From an uncultured archaeon (GTDB lineage: Archaea > Asgardarchaeota > Lokiarchaeia > Sigyniarchaeales > SOKP01), in contig CAZDTP010000075.1 in assembly GCA_964508365.1 (NCBI GenBank), positions 1 to 15,741 of the forward strand: DNA of 15,741 nucleotides, read 5' to 3'. The notes below the pieces were generated by a model. It was not told where the DNA came from and ran no database searches. It saw only the letters and a list, made by a program, of their open reading frames with translations. The number at the start of each line of letters is the position of its first letter. Position 1 is the stretch's first letter. Positions 8,785 through 15,741 of this stretch are shown piece by piece. The position numbers and the translations under genes were made by a program.

Positions 8785-10770
8785 ATGGAAGAATTTTTAA
8801 AAAACTTTCAACTTTCAGATAACGCTATTAAATTATACATTAAATGCATTGGTCAACAACCCTTATCATCTCTTGAACTCTATTCAATTTTACCAAATAT
8901 GGCTCAAGAAGATTTTAATAAAGTATTAGAAGACCTCATTGATAATGGCTTATTCGTTTCAAATTCCAATCAAAACCAAGATGTAATTTTGCAATACTTA
9001 GCAATCCCTCCAATAAAACCTATATTAAATTATTATGCAAACATTAACAATAATCTAAATAACATTAAAAGCCAATTACAACTTCTGCTCTCAAACTCTT
9101 TAGCAAAAATTTTCCAGGATAATCAGATAATTGAATTGAATACGGTGTATAACGCAGCACAAGAATTAAGAAAAGATGTCGAAGAAGATATTATCATCCA
9201 GAAACAAGATATTGATGATATTGTACAAGGAATGGAAAATTTAAACATCATAAAAGATGTTTTGGAGAACTTACGTCAAACAATCAAGGGAGTAACTCAA
9301 ACTCAATTTTCATCGCTAATCAAACTAATTGCCAATATTAAAAATGAAATTTACAGTAAAATCGAGAGTTTAGAATTAAAAAAATCAGAGAATGTTGTAA
9401 AAGAAATAGTCGAAGAAGCCTTCAAGGAAAATTTTAATAAATTGCTTGGAGATTTTACTGCCAACTTACATAAATTGATTGGAGACGAGTTTGACAATAC
9501 AATCGAATCGCTTAATAATATTCTGGATTCAACATTTCAATTTCGAGACGATTTTAAGATGGTACTACTTAATATGCTGTCTACAAATGAAAAAAAGATT
9601 AAAAATATAATTGAACAGATCCAAACTAAGAAAACACTCTTAGAAAAGGACCTTAAAGAGTTCGAAAAAATAATAGTCGATAATTTCACCGAAATAATAG
9701 AAAAATCCGTCGATTCGGTAGCATCCTTAAATGAACCAATTAATAATACTTTAGACAACTATTTTAATACAATTATAAAATCAAATGAGCTAGAAACCGA
9801 TAACATTTGGCGAATCAAAAGTAAAGCAAGAGTAAAAGAAGAAATAAGTAATATTATCTCTCATTCTACTCAAAATTTATTGTTAGTTGTCCCAAAACTA
9901 GAAGAAAATTTATCATTTGATGATTTTAAAGATATTCCAAGTAGCATTAAAATTCAAATTGCTTCCTCAGAAGCTCATACTAATAGTCTCGTTAAAAAAT
10001 ATAAAGATTTAAAGAACTTCGAATACAGAATCCTTAAAAACGAAAATGTTATCATTTGTAGAGGGGACGAAGAAAACCTTTTAATTGGTATCATAGATAC
10101 GGAATCAAAAAATTCTTCAGATAATTTTATTGGTTTCGCGTCAAGAAATAAATCTCTAATAAAATTGTTCCATTTTGTTGTTAAAGCGATATGGGATATT
10201 AGTAGCTCGAGTTTGCATGAAAAGCCTAGAACTCTTAATATAACGGTTTCAAAAACAAGTAACGTTTTAAAAACTCCTATAACCACAAAAATATCTGAAC
10301 CTATTGGACCATCTCCGATTGAAACAACGATAAAAACTACTCCTACTCCTATAACTAAAAAACCGGTTATTATTCAAGAAAAAAAACAAAAGGCTGAATC
10401 CTCGGAAGGTAAAATTGCACATTTAGCTGAAAAACTCAATAACAAAATCAAAGAACCTAAAGAAGTACAGGAATCCGATCAAATACCTAAACATACTAAA
10501 GAGCCAAAGATACTTGATGAATCTGGAATTGTAATAAATAACGCGTTTAAGAATTTAATCAATAACCTACATAAGCTTAAGGGCGATGAAGTCAGTAAAG
10601 AAATGGCGATTATCGCAGATTTGATTTTAGAGAAAAAAGGATTTAGTGTTACCCTTCACAAGATTAGAAGCAAAATAAACCAATATAAAAATCGCCTAAG
10701 TCATTTAAACGATGCTGATATTAATAGCATTATTGAAAGTATTGAAGAATGGAAGGAACACATTCTATAA
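8785..10770 (+). CDS. TrmB-like protein: N-terminal winged HTH, long helical/coiled-coil insert, TrmB effector-binding-like (PLD-like) domain, Thr/Pro-rich linker, C-terminal helical domain
   Basis: N-terminal FQLSDNAIKLY..PLSSLEL..VLEDLIDNGL..YLAIPP matches the TrmB HTH pattern. IWRIKSK..EEISNII...LLLVVP and ICRGDEENLLIG..IGF..N..LIKLF..IW match the TrmB C-terminal pattern. The track starts at TTG 8746; ATG 8785 is preferred. Confidence 0.6.
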   Translation: MEEFLKNFQLSDNAIKLYIKCIGQQPLSSLELYSILPNMAQEDFNKVLEDLIDNGLFVSNSNQNQDVILQYLAIPPIKPILNYYANINNNLNNIKSQLQLLLSNSLAKIFQDNQIIELNTVYNAAQELRKDVEEDIIIQKQDIDDIVQGMENLNIIKDVLENLRQTIKGVTQTQFSSLIKLIANIKNEIYSKIESLELKKSENVVKEIVEEAFKENFNKLLGDFTANLHKLIGDEFDNTIESLNNILDSTFQFRDDFKMVLLNMLSTNEKKIKNIIEQIQTKKTLLEKDLKEFEKIIVDNFTEIIEKSVDSVASLNEPINNTLDNYFNTIIKSNELETDNIWRIKSKARVKEEISNIISHSTQNLLLVVPKLEENLSFDDFKDIPSSIKIQIASSEAHTNSLVKKYKDLKNFEYRILKNENVIICRGDEENLLIGIIDTESKNSSDNFIGFASRNKSLIKLFHFVVKAIWDISSSSLHEKPRTLNITVSKTSNVLKTPITTKISEPIGPSPIETTIKTTPTPITKKPVIIQEKKQKAESSEGKIAHLAEKLNNKIKEPKEVQESDQIPKHTKEPKILDESGIVINNAFKNLINNLHKLKGDEVSKEMAIIADLILEKKGFSVTLHKIRSKINQYKNRLSHLNDADINSIIESIEEWKEHIL

Positions 10771-10810
10771 CTCGCATAAGTTTGAACCTTTTAAAAAATT
10801 CCTATAATAA

Positions 10811-11596
10811 TTAATCTGGTTTTGTATCTTTCCCTTTTGCGAGTAAGTTCAACAAAAAAGAGTGAAAGGTTACCCAAACAAGCAATGTAATAAATGCTAT
10901 CAAAAAAATAATTGCTACAGTCATTGATACTATAAAATTGGGATTTAATATACCAATGAGCCCAAAAATAGGAGAAAGTGGAGCGAAAAGAATAAAAAGA
11001 TAATACACACTTTTACCTTTTTCACCAAATTTAATGTAAGTAGTTATATTTAACCACCCAATAAAAGCTAATAGAAAGGGCACAATATAATAAGCTATAT
11101 CCAAGAAAGGATAAGTTAAACCACCAAATGCAAACGCGTAAAAATAATTTGTATAGAAGAATCCTATTATTAAAAGACAACTTACAGGTGTAGGTACACC
11201 TGTATATCCAGGATTTTCGAGGATATTAAATCTAGCTAACCTTAATACTGCACCTAAGGCGAAACATATGCATCCAATTACTAGGATAAAATCGTAGACT
11301 GTTCCAGTTTTGAATGCTTGAAATGACAAAATTGCTGGGACAATACCGAACGTTAAAGAATCGCTTAGAGAATCTAATTCTCTGCCCATATCGTTTACAG
11401 TTCCCGTTTTTCTTGCAATATAGCCATCAATAAGATCGGTACCTAAAGTAATTGTGATTAAAAAAAAACCTAAGGAAACAGCATCCCTGGTTCCAAATGA
11501 ACCACAAATCAACGCAATAATTCCTATCGTGGTCCCTATAAGCGTTATGTAATCTTTAAATTTTAATAAGCTTGGTATCGTTGATTTTAGTGACAT
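10811..11596 (-). CDS. pssA: CDP-alcohol phosphatidyltransferase, PssA-like (probable archaetidylserine/phosphatidylserine synthase)
   Basis: Family motif DLIDGYIAR-x8-G-x2-LDSLSD, plus PssA-type SLTFGIVPA, LRLARFN and GVPTP. Multiple TM segments. Confidence 0.8.
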   Translation of the reverse strand: MSLKSTIPSLLKFKDYITLIGTTIGIIALICGSFGTRDAVSLGFFLITITLGTDLIDGYIARKTGTVNDMGRELDSLSDSLTFGIVPAILSFQAFKTGTVYDFILVIGCICFALGAVLRLARFNILENPGYTGVPTPVSCLLIIGFFYTNYFYAFAFGGLTYPFLDIAYYIVPFLLAFIGWLNITTYIKFGEKGKSVYYLFILFAPLSPIFGLIGILNPNFIVSMTVAIIFLIAFITLLVWVTFHSFLLNLLAKGKDTKPD

Positions 11597-11666
11597 TTTT
11601 TTCCCACTTCTTTTTTATATTATAATTAAAATTTTAGTTTAATTAAAACATTTCTTTATAATGCAA

Positions 11667-11690
11667 GTAGGGATTCCAAACTATCCTTAC
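11667..11690. promoter_or_regulatory. Imperfect inverted repeat GTAGGGAT-N8-ATCCTTAC in the divergent pssA / LURP-one intergenic region (possible operator)
   Basis: 8-bp arms with one mismatch, GC-richer than the surrounding AT-rich spacer. Confidence 0.3.
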
Positions 11691-11760
11691 ATTTATTAGA
11701 CTAAATTGATTATTCATGATTAAACTAAAATATTGATAAATTATAGAAAAGGTTTATTTT

Positions 11761-12543
11761 ATGAAGTGCCCAAATTGTGGAGACCCTGCTAGTGAAGATC
11801 AGAAATTTTGTGAAAAATGTGGTTCTGAACTACGATCTATTAAGAGCCAACCCAAAAATCAAAATCAAATTAGTTTAACTTCAACTCCAAAACAAACACC
11901 TCTAGAAAGTGCTAGTTTGTTTAATATAAACCGTAATTATTATATAATTAAAGAACGCATGTGGGATATGGGATACGGCGATATTATGGATGAAGAGGGA
12001 AAGCTCATCGGAAGAATGAATAGAATTCTTTTTAGCATAAGGAGAAGAGTTGAACTTCAAGAACTTGATGGAACGGTTGTTGCCACCATTCATAGTAAAA
12101 TAGTTTCTGCTCGTGGGGCCCAAGATTTGAAAACCCCAGATGGAGAACTTATCGCAAGAATTAAAAAGAAAATATTAACATTCTTTAGATCGAAATTCTT
12201 TTTAGAAGATCCTCTCGGTACACGCTGGTTTGAAGCTGATGGGGACTTTTTTGGTTGGTCGTTTAAAATCTACGATTTAACTACGGGAAAATTAGTTGCC
12301 GAAATAGAAAAAGCAGATAGATGGAGAGATGTCTTCTTAGGTGGAATCTTTGACTTTGCAGATAGATACGCCCTAAGAATTTTAGACAATGAGACTGATA
12401 GAAGGATTTTAGTAGGTTTTGTTTTGTCCATTGATAATGTGATGCACGATAGTGGTGGAATGGGGCCAATGATTGGTGGAATGGGGCCAGGCCGCCGTGG
12501 AAGGTTTCCAGGTCCTTTTGGAGGCCCTCGTCGTAGAATGTGA
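11761..12543 (+). CDS. Zinc ribbon + LURP-one-related/scramblase (Tubby-like barrel) protein with a Gly/Pro/Arg-rich tail
   Basis: N-terminal CPNCG-x9-CEKCG. Repeated beta-hairpin units (D.EG.LIG, ELDGTVVA.I, TPDGELIA.IKKK, FEADGDFFGWSFKI, LVAEIEK). Terminal hydrophobic helix RRILVGFVLSID. Confidence 0.75.
   Translation: MKCPNCGDPASEDQKFCEKCGSELRSIKSQPKNQNQISLTSTPKQTPLESASLFNINRNYYIIKERMWDMGYGDIMDEEGKLIGRMNRILFSIRRRVELQELDGTVVATIHSKIVSARGAQDLKTPDGELIARIKKKILTFFRSKFFLEDPLGTRWFEADGDFFGWSFKIYDLTTGKLVAEIEKADRWRDVFLGGIFDFADRYALRILDNETDRRILVGFVLSIDNVMHDSGGMGPMIGGMGPGRRGRFPGPFGGPRRRM
12453..12489 (+). repeat. 16-bp direct repeat (TGGTGGAATGGGGCCA x2, 21-nt period) encoding GGMGP twice
   Basis: Exact copies at 12453-12468 and 12474-12489. 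Confidence 0.9.
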
Positions 12544-12552
12544 TTCAAGAAG

Positions 12553-12566
12553 TTTTTATATAAAAA
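12553..12566. terminator. Putative bidirectional terminator between convergent genes
   Basis: Palindrome TTTTTATATAAAAA gives a T5 on each strand; a further T-run lies near 12578-12584. Confidence 0.35.
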
Positions 12567-12589
12567 TAATTCCCATCTTTTTTTAATTC

Positions 12590-13081
12590 TTATAACTCTC
12601 TTCCACAATTCTTACAAAATTTCCAAATATGAGAAATCTCTTCCCCACAATTAAAACATCTATTAGTTAAAGGTATTACCTCAAAATCGCCAACATTCTG
12701 TGTGTTTTTATTTGCTTTAATTGCGAGTAATATTGTAGAATTGATTATTTCACTTAAATTAATACTTTCTTGGCGTCCACTACTTCTTTCATTCGCCATA
12801 GTTATAGAAAACGAAAGACCATCCCTGGTTTCAATTACTACAACATAGATTTTTTGGATTGTTGCAACATACGCTTTTTCAATTTGCGTTAAAGGAATTA
12901 CAAAGCCTTCTTTGTAATTATCAACCGAGGAACCTATTTCAGTAAGTTTTATATTTGATTTTTTTACGAGTGATAGTTCCAATGCTGATAAAATGATTCT
13001 TCCATATTCCATCTTGAACTTCCAATCCTTTTCTACTTCCCCTTCGCAAAAATAACCCTTGGTACTATAAACCAATGCCAT
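12590..13081 (-). CDS. PH/GRAM-like fold protein with C-terminal zinc ribbon
   Basis: YGRIILSALELSLV (G-x-h-x-L-T/S-x3-L-x-h), FVIPLTQIEKA (IPL..I), VVIETRDGLSFSI (I.T.DG..F) and a closing helix INLSEIINSTIL follow the PH-superfold pattern. Ends with CFNCG-x9-CKNCG. Confidence 0.6.
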   Translation of the reverse strand: MALVYSTKGYFCEGEVEKDWKFKMEYGRIILSALELSLVKKSNIKLTEIGSSVDNYKEGFVIPLTQIEKAYVATIQKIYVVVIETRDGLSFSITMANERSSGRQESINLSEIINSTILLAIKANKNTQNVGDFEVIPLTNRCFNCGEEISHIWKFCKNCGREL

Positions 13082-13260
13082 TTTTTTTGACTTTTTCCTA
13101 TTTTTAATAATATAAATTTATTTCTTAGTTTCTTATTCTATATGTGTACTACCGTCTTAATAAGTTCTAGTAGTCCAATTTTTAAAAAGAGCAAAAATTT
13201 TTATAGATATAATTTGATTATACTTTAAAAACCTTAATATAAAGAAAAAGAGAGAAAAAA

Positions 13261-13794
13261 ATGTCGCTTCAAAAGACTAGAGAATTTATGCTTCGTGAGA
13301 AAATGATTTCTTTAACAGATAAAGGCGAAATCAGGAATATAGAAAACGAATTACTTGGAACATTTAGAGGAAAATTAATTAAGATTGGTAATACCTACCG
13401 GATAAGAGATCTTGATGAAGTTCCTATATTAACGATTCAAGAAAAATTAATCTCCTTACGTGCTATTTACAAGTTTTATAAGGGAGGGGAAAAAGAGGAC
13501 GATAAATTAATTGGGCAACTTAAAAGAAAGATCGTAGCCATTAAGCCAAGTTATTGGTTTGAGGATCCTAATGAGAATAGAGTTTTCACGATGAAAGGAA
13601 ACATCTTGACGCTTAAATTCAAAATTTTTAAAGATGGTCAAGAGGTTGCCGAAATACGAAAAAAATTATGGAAAAGTCTTCTAAAGAATACTTTTGGAAT
13701 AAAAATGTCTCCAGACCTTGACGACGATTCTGCAATGCTTATTCTTGGGATAGTCATTATGCTCCACCACGAGAAAGAGGAAAATAGAAATTAA
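13261..13794 (+). CDS. LURP-one-related/scramblase (Tubby-like barrel) protein, second copy, without zinc ribbon or tail
   Basis: FMLREKMISL, YRIRD.DE.PIL.IQEKLIS, IGQLKRKI, FTMKGNIL..KFKI..DGQEVAEIRKK and terminal helix AMLILGIVIML. Confidence 0.75.
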   Translation: MSLQKTREFMLREKMISLTDKGEIRNIENELLGTFRGKLIKIGNTYRIRDLDEVPILTIQEKLISLRAIYKFYKGGEKEDDKLIGQLKRKIVAIKPSYWFEDPNENRVFTMKGNILTLKFKIFKDGQEVAEIRKKLWKSLLKNTFGIKMSPDLDDDSAMLILGIVIMLHHEKEENRN

Positions 13795-13813
13795 GCGTTA
13801 TAAGATTAGGCTG

Positions 13814-13857
13814 TTTGTTTGTTTTTCTTATTTTATTTTTTTTATTCTATTATTTTT
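13814..13857 (+). terminator. T-rich putative terminator after the second LURP-one gene
   Basis: Several T-tracts, including T8 at 13836-13843, starting about 20 nt after the stop. Confidence 0.45.
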
Positions 13858-13987
13858 AACGAAAGCAAGTGAGTTTTTGAATAGATTTTAATATCGGAAA
13901 TTTTATATTTTGGTAAAAAGACTATTTCGTTAAATAGCCCTTTTTTAAATCAATTCTATAAATTTAAATATGTTCTAAAAATAACTT

Positions 13988-14914
13988 ATGACCGAAATTT
14001 ACGAAGAATTCATAGTTTATGATTTACAGAACACGGGAGAACGCACGAAATTAAATATTAAGCCAGAAGAGCTTCAAAATCATTTAAATCCTGAACAAGT
14101 GCTAATAATAATACGTGAGGACCTTAGGAGGATTTACATTTGGAAAGGCTCGAAATCTCCTGTAAGAAAAAGGTTCATAAGCTCTCGAGTAGCACAGGAT
14201 TTGCAAAAAAATTTAATTGATGACTCTCGGTATCATAGATGTAAAATAATCTCCATAGATCAAGGAGATGAACTGCAAGAATTTTTAAACGCGTTCAGGT
14301 TGGAATCTATGGAAGTAATAGAACGGCTTCCCGATATGCGCTATATAAGAAACATTGAGCGCGACAGATTGCTCGAGCAAGAACGCCTTGCGAAAGAAAA
14401 GAAAGAGGGGAAGGTGAAACTTGATGACGATTATTATTCTCCAGCTTTAGAAGATACAACTGATGATGTGGTAATGTCATCAATTGGAATAGGGATCCCT
14501 TTGAATAAGGAAAGAGATCGATTGGTACGACATTCAAAAATTAGCGCAACTATTGGATTAGCAGACGAGGAAAAAGAAAAAATCAAAGAAAAAATATTAA
14601 AGATTAGCATCCCCGAAAATATGGAGCGACAAAACTTAATTCTTGGACATAACTTATATGGTGCTGTTTCGAAAGTAACAGATGTTTTTGGAAAGAATGT
14701 CGTAGAAGTTGTTTGGGAGGAAGTTAAAAAGGTTCCGAAAGGTGTACTTGAATTGGATGAGAACGTCTTTAGAGTTTATTTTGATGATAAAAAAGGGATA
14801 GTCGAAGCAGTAGAAGTACTCAAGAAAAGTGAAGAGTTATCCGAAGGTAATATTGAAAAACCTAAGCCCACTACTAGAAGAGAACTGCCAAAAATCCCTA
14901 GTAGCGAAGATTAA
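13988..14914 (+). CDS. Single gelsolin-domain protein with C-terminal extension (Asgard 1DGelX-like actin regulator)
   Basis: Residues about 5-105 show the gelsolin repeat pattern LNPEQVLIII..D.RRIYIWKG.KS...KRF.SSR.A..L...IISIDQGDE.QEFL..F. A charged helical segment and a C-terminal alpha/beta region follow. Confidence 0.8.
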   Translation: MTEIYEEFIVYDLQNTGERTKLNIKPEELQNHLNPEQVLIIIREDLRRIYIWKGSKSPVRKRFISSRVAQDLQKNLIDDSRYHRCKIISIDQGDELQEFLNAFRLESMEVIERLPDMRYIRNIERDRLLEQERLAKEKKEGKVKLDDDYYSPALEDTTDDVVMSSIGIGIPLNKERDRLVRHSKISATIGLADEEKEKIKEKILKISIPENMERQNLILGHNLYGAVSKVTDVFGKNVVEVVWEEVKKVPKGVLELDENVFRVYFDDKKGIVEAVEVLKKSEELSEGNIEKPKPTTRRELPKIPSSED

Positions 14915-14944
14915 GGATTAGATAATCTTTATTAATTAATATTT

Positions 14945-14953
14945 AAAAAAAAA
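14945..14953 (-). terminator. Oligo-T (T9) putative terminator after the HEAT gene
   Basis: A9 run on the plus strand, about 28 nt beyond the minus-strand stop at 14981, in a convergent gap. Confidence 0.4.
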
Positions 14954-14980
14954 GTAAATTAAATGAGATTCTCGTTAATT

Positions 14981-15655
14981 TTATAGTTCGTACGAATCTT
15001 CGTCTTCTACATCAATCTCTCTGAGGGTATCCTCTTCTTCATCTTTCAAGTCATCGTGATCAGCAATTTTTTGTTCGGTTTCAACTGGTTTTGATACTTT
15101 TTCTTCCTCTTCCTCTTTTTTCGCTTCTACTTTTTTCTCGGGTTTGTTTTTCTTTTTAATTTTCTTTAAACCCTCTATTGCCTCTTTTCGCACTATAGGA
15201 CTTGGATCTTTTAGAGCTTTCGCTAGCACATCAAGAGAGTAAGGGTGATGAAAATCGCCCAATTCATCAGCAGCTTCTTGTCGAACAATTTCGTCTCTGT
15301 CGTTTAATAGGATGTAAGCAAAAACTCCCAAAACCTCGTTTTCTCCTAAATCTCCTAATGTGTCTACAGCGTCTTTCCTAACGCCGGGATTAGGATCTGT
15401 TAAAGCCGTGTTGGCTAATTCCTTTAATGTTCTATCCGAATATCCAAGCGGTTGAATACCGCTTAAATCAACTCCGCAAAATTTGCAAAAATTATGCCCA
15501 ATTTTAATGACTTTTCCGCACGCAAGGCAAATACGCTGGGTTTCAAAATCAATTATAGGATTTGTAAAACTCGTGGGAGTTGGCTCACGTACAGGTTCTC
15601 TATTTACCCTATAAGGATTGTTCGTACGATCTTGATTATACCTATCGTTTCCCAT
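14981..15655 (-). CDS. Zinc ribbon + PBS-lyase-type HEAT repeat protein with acidic tail
   Basis: CLACG-x9-CKFCG followed by three HEAT-like repeats (DPNPGVRKDAVDTLG, DRDEIVRQEAADELG, DPSPIVRKEAIEGL) and a K/E/D-rich tail. Confidence 0.8.
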   Translation of the reverse strand: MGNDRYNQDRTNNPYRVNREPVREPTPTSFTNPIIDFETQRICLACGKVIKIGHNFCKFCGVDLSGIQPLGYSDRTLKELANTALTDPNPGVRKDAVDTLGDLGENEVLGVFAYILLNDRDEIVRQEAADELGDFHHPYSLDVLAKALKDPSPIVRKEAIEGLKKIKKKNKPEKKVEAKKEEEEEKVSKPVETEQKIADHDDLKDEEEDTLREIDVEDEDSYEL

Positions 15656-15741
15656 TTTATATACTCTTTTTTTTATTTCTCTAGATTACTCCTTTTACCT
15701 TATGATTATAATAGAATTTAGTTTTAATTAACTTAATGGAG

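Noticed and set aside
9537-12608. Minus-strand ORFs 9537..9758, 9975..10286, 11902..12123, 12270..12608 and 12281..12469
   Set aside because: They overlap longer, motif-bearing genes on the opposite strand and have no domain signal.
13922-13946. Hairpin CTATTT-CGTT-AAATAG followed by a T6 run upstream of the gelsolin gene
   Set aside because: The 6-bp AT-rich stem is too weak to call an attenuator or terminator.
5801-14914. Split Sec23/Sec24 (zinc finger + vWA + gelsolin domain)
   Set aside because: In Sec23/24 the zinc finger precedes the vWA trunk and is followed by beta-sandwich and helical domains. Here the order is reversed, those domains are absent, and the gelsolin gene is over 5 kb away on the other strand.
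14307-15721. ORFs 14307..14537 (-) and 15494..15721 (+)
   Set aside because: Antisense to the gelsolin and HEAT genes; short and without features.

Overview
AT-rich archaeal chromosomal segment, most likely from an Asgard archaeon (Lokiarchaeia-like). The taxon call is inferred from a stand-alone gelsolin-domain protein, an archaeal-type HypB, a PssA-type lipid synthase, a GGTGAT Shine-Dalgarno site and many zinc-ribbon fusions. I found no rRNA, tRNA, CRISPR array or mobile element. Left part (metabolic): a partial amino-acid ABC substrate-binding protein missed by the ORF track, a tyrosine phenol-lyase preceded by a candidate 28-aa leader ORF, a putative hypB - LbH - methyltransferase operon, and an EamA/DMT transporter. 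Middle: two tandem paralogues with a vWA + Cys/His-rich PHD-like finger + acidic linker + zinc ribbon architecture, divergent from a TrmB-like protein with a long helical insert. Right part: a serine-lipid synthase, two LURP-one/scramblase (Tubby-like) proteins, a PH/GRAM-like protein, a gelsolin-domain protein and a zinc-ribbon HEAT protein. The best candidates for undescribed systems are the vWA-zinc-finger pair and this lipid/actin-regulator neighbourhood. All family calls come from motif recognition by eye; no searches were run.
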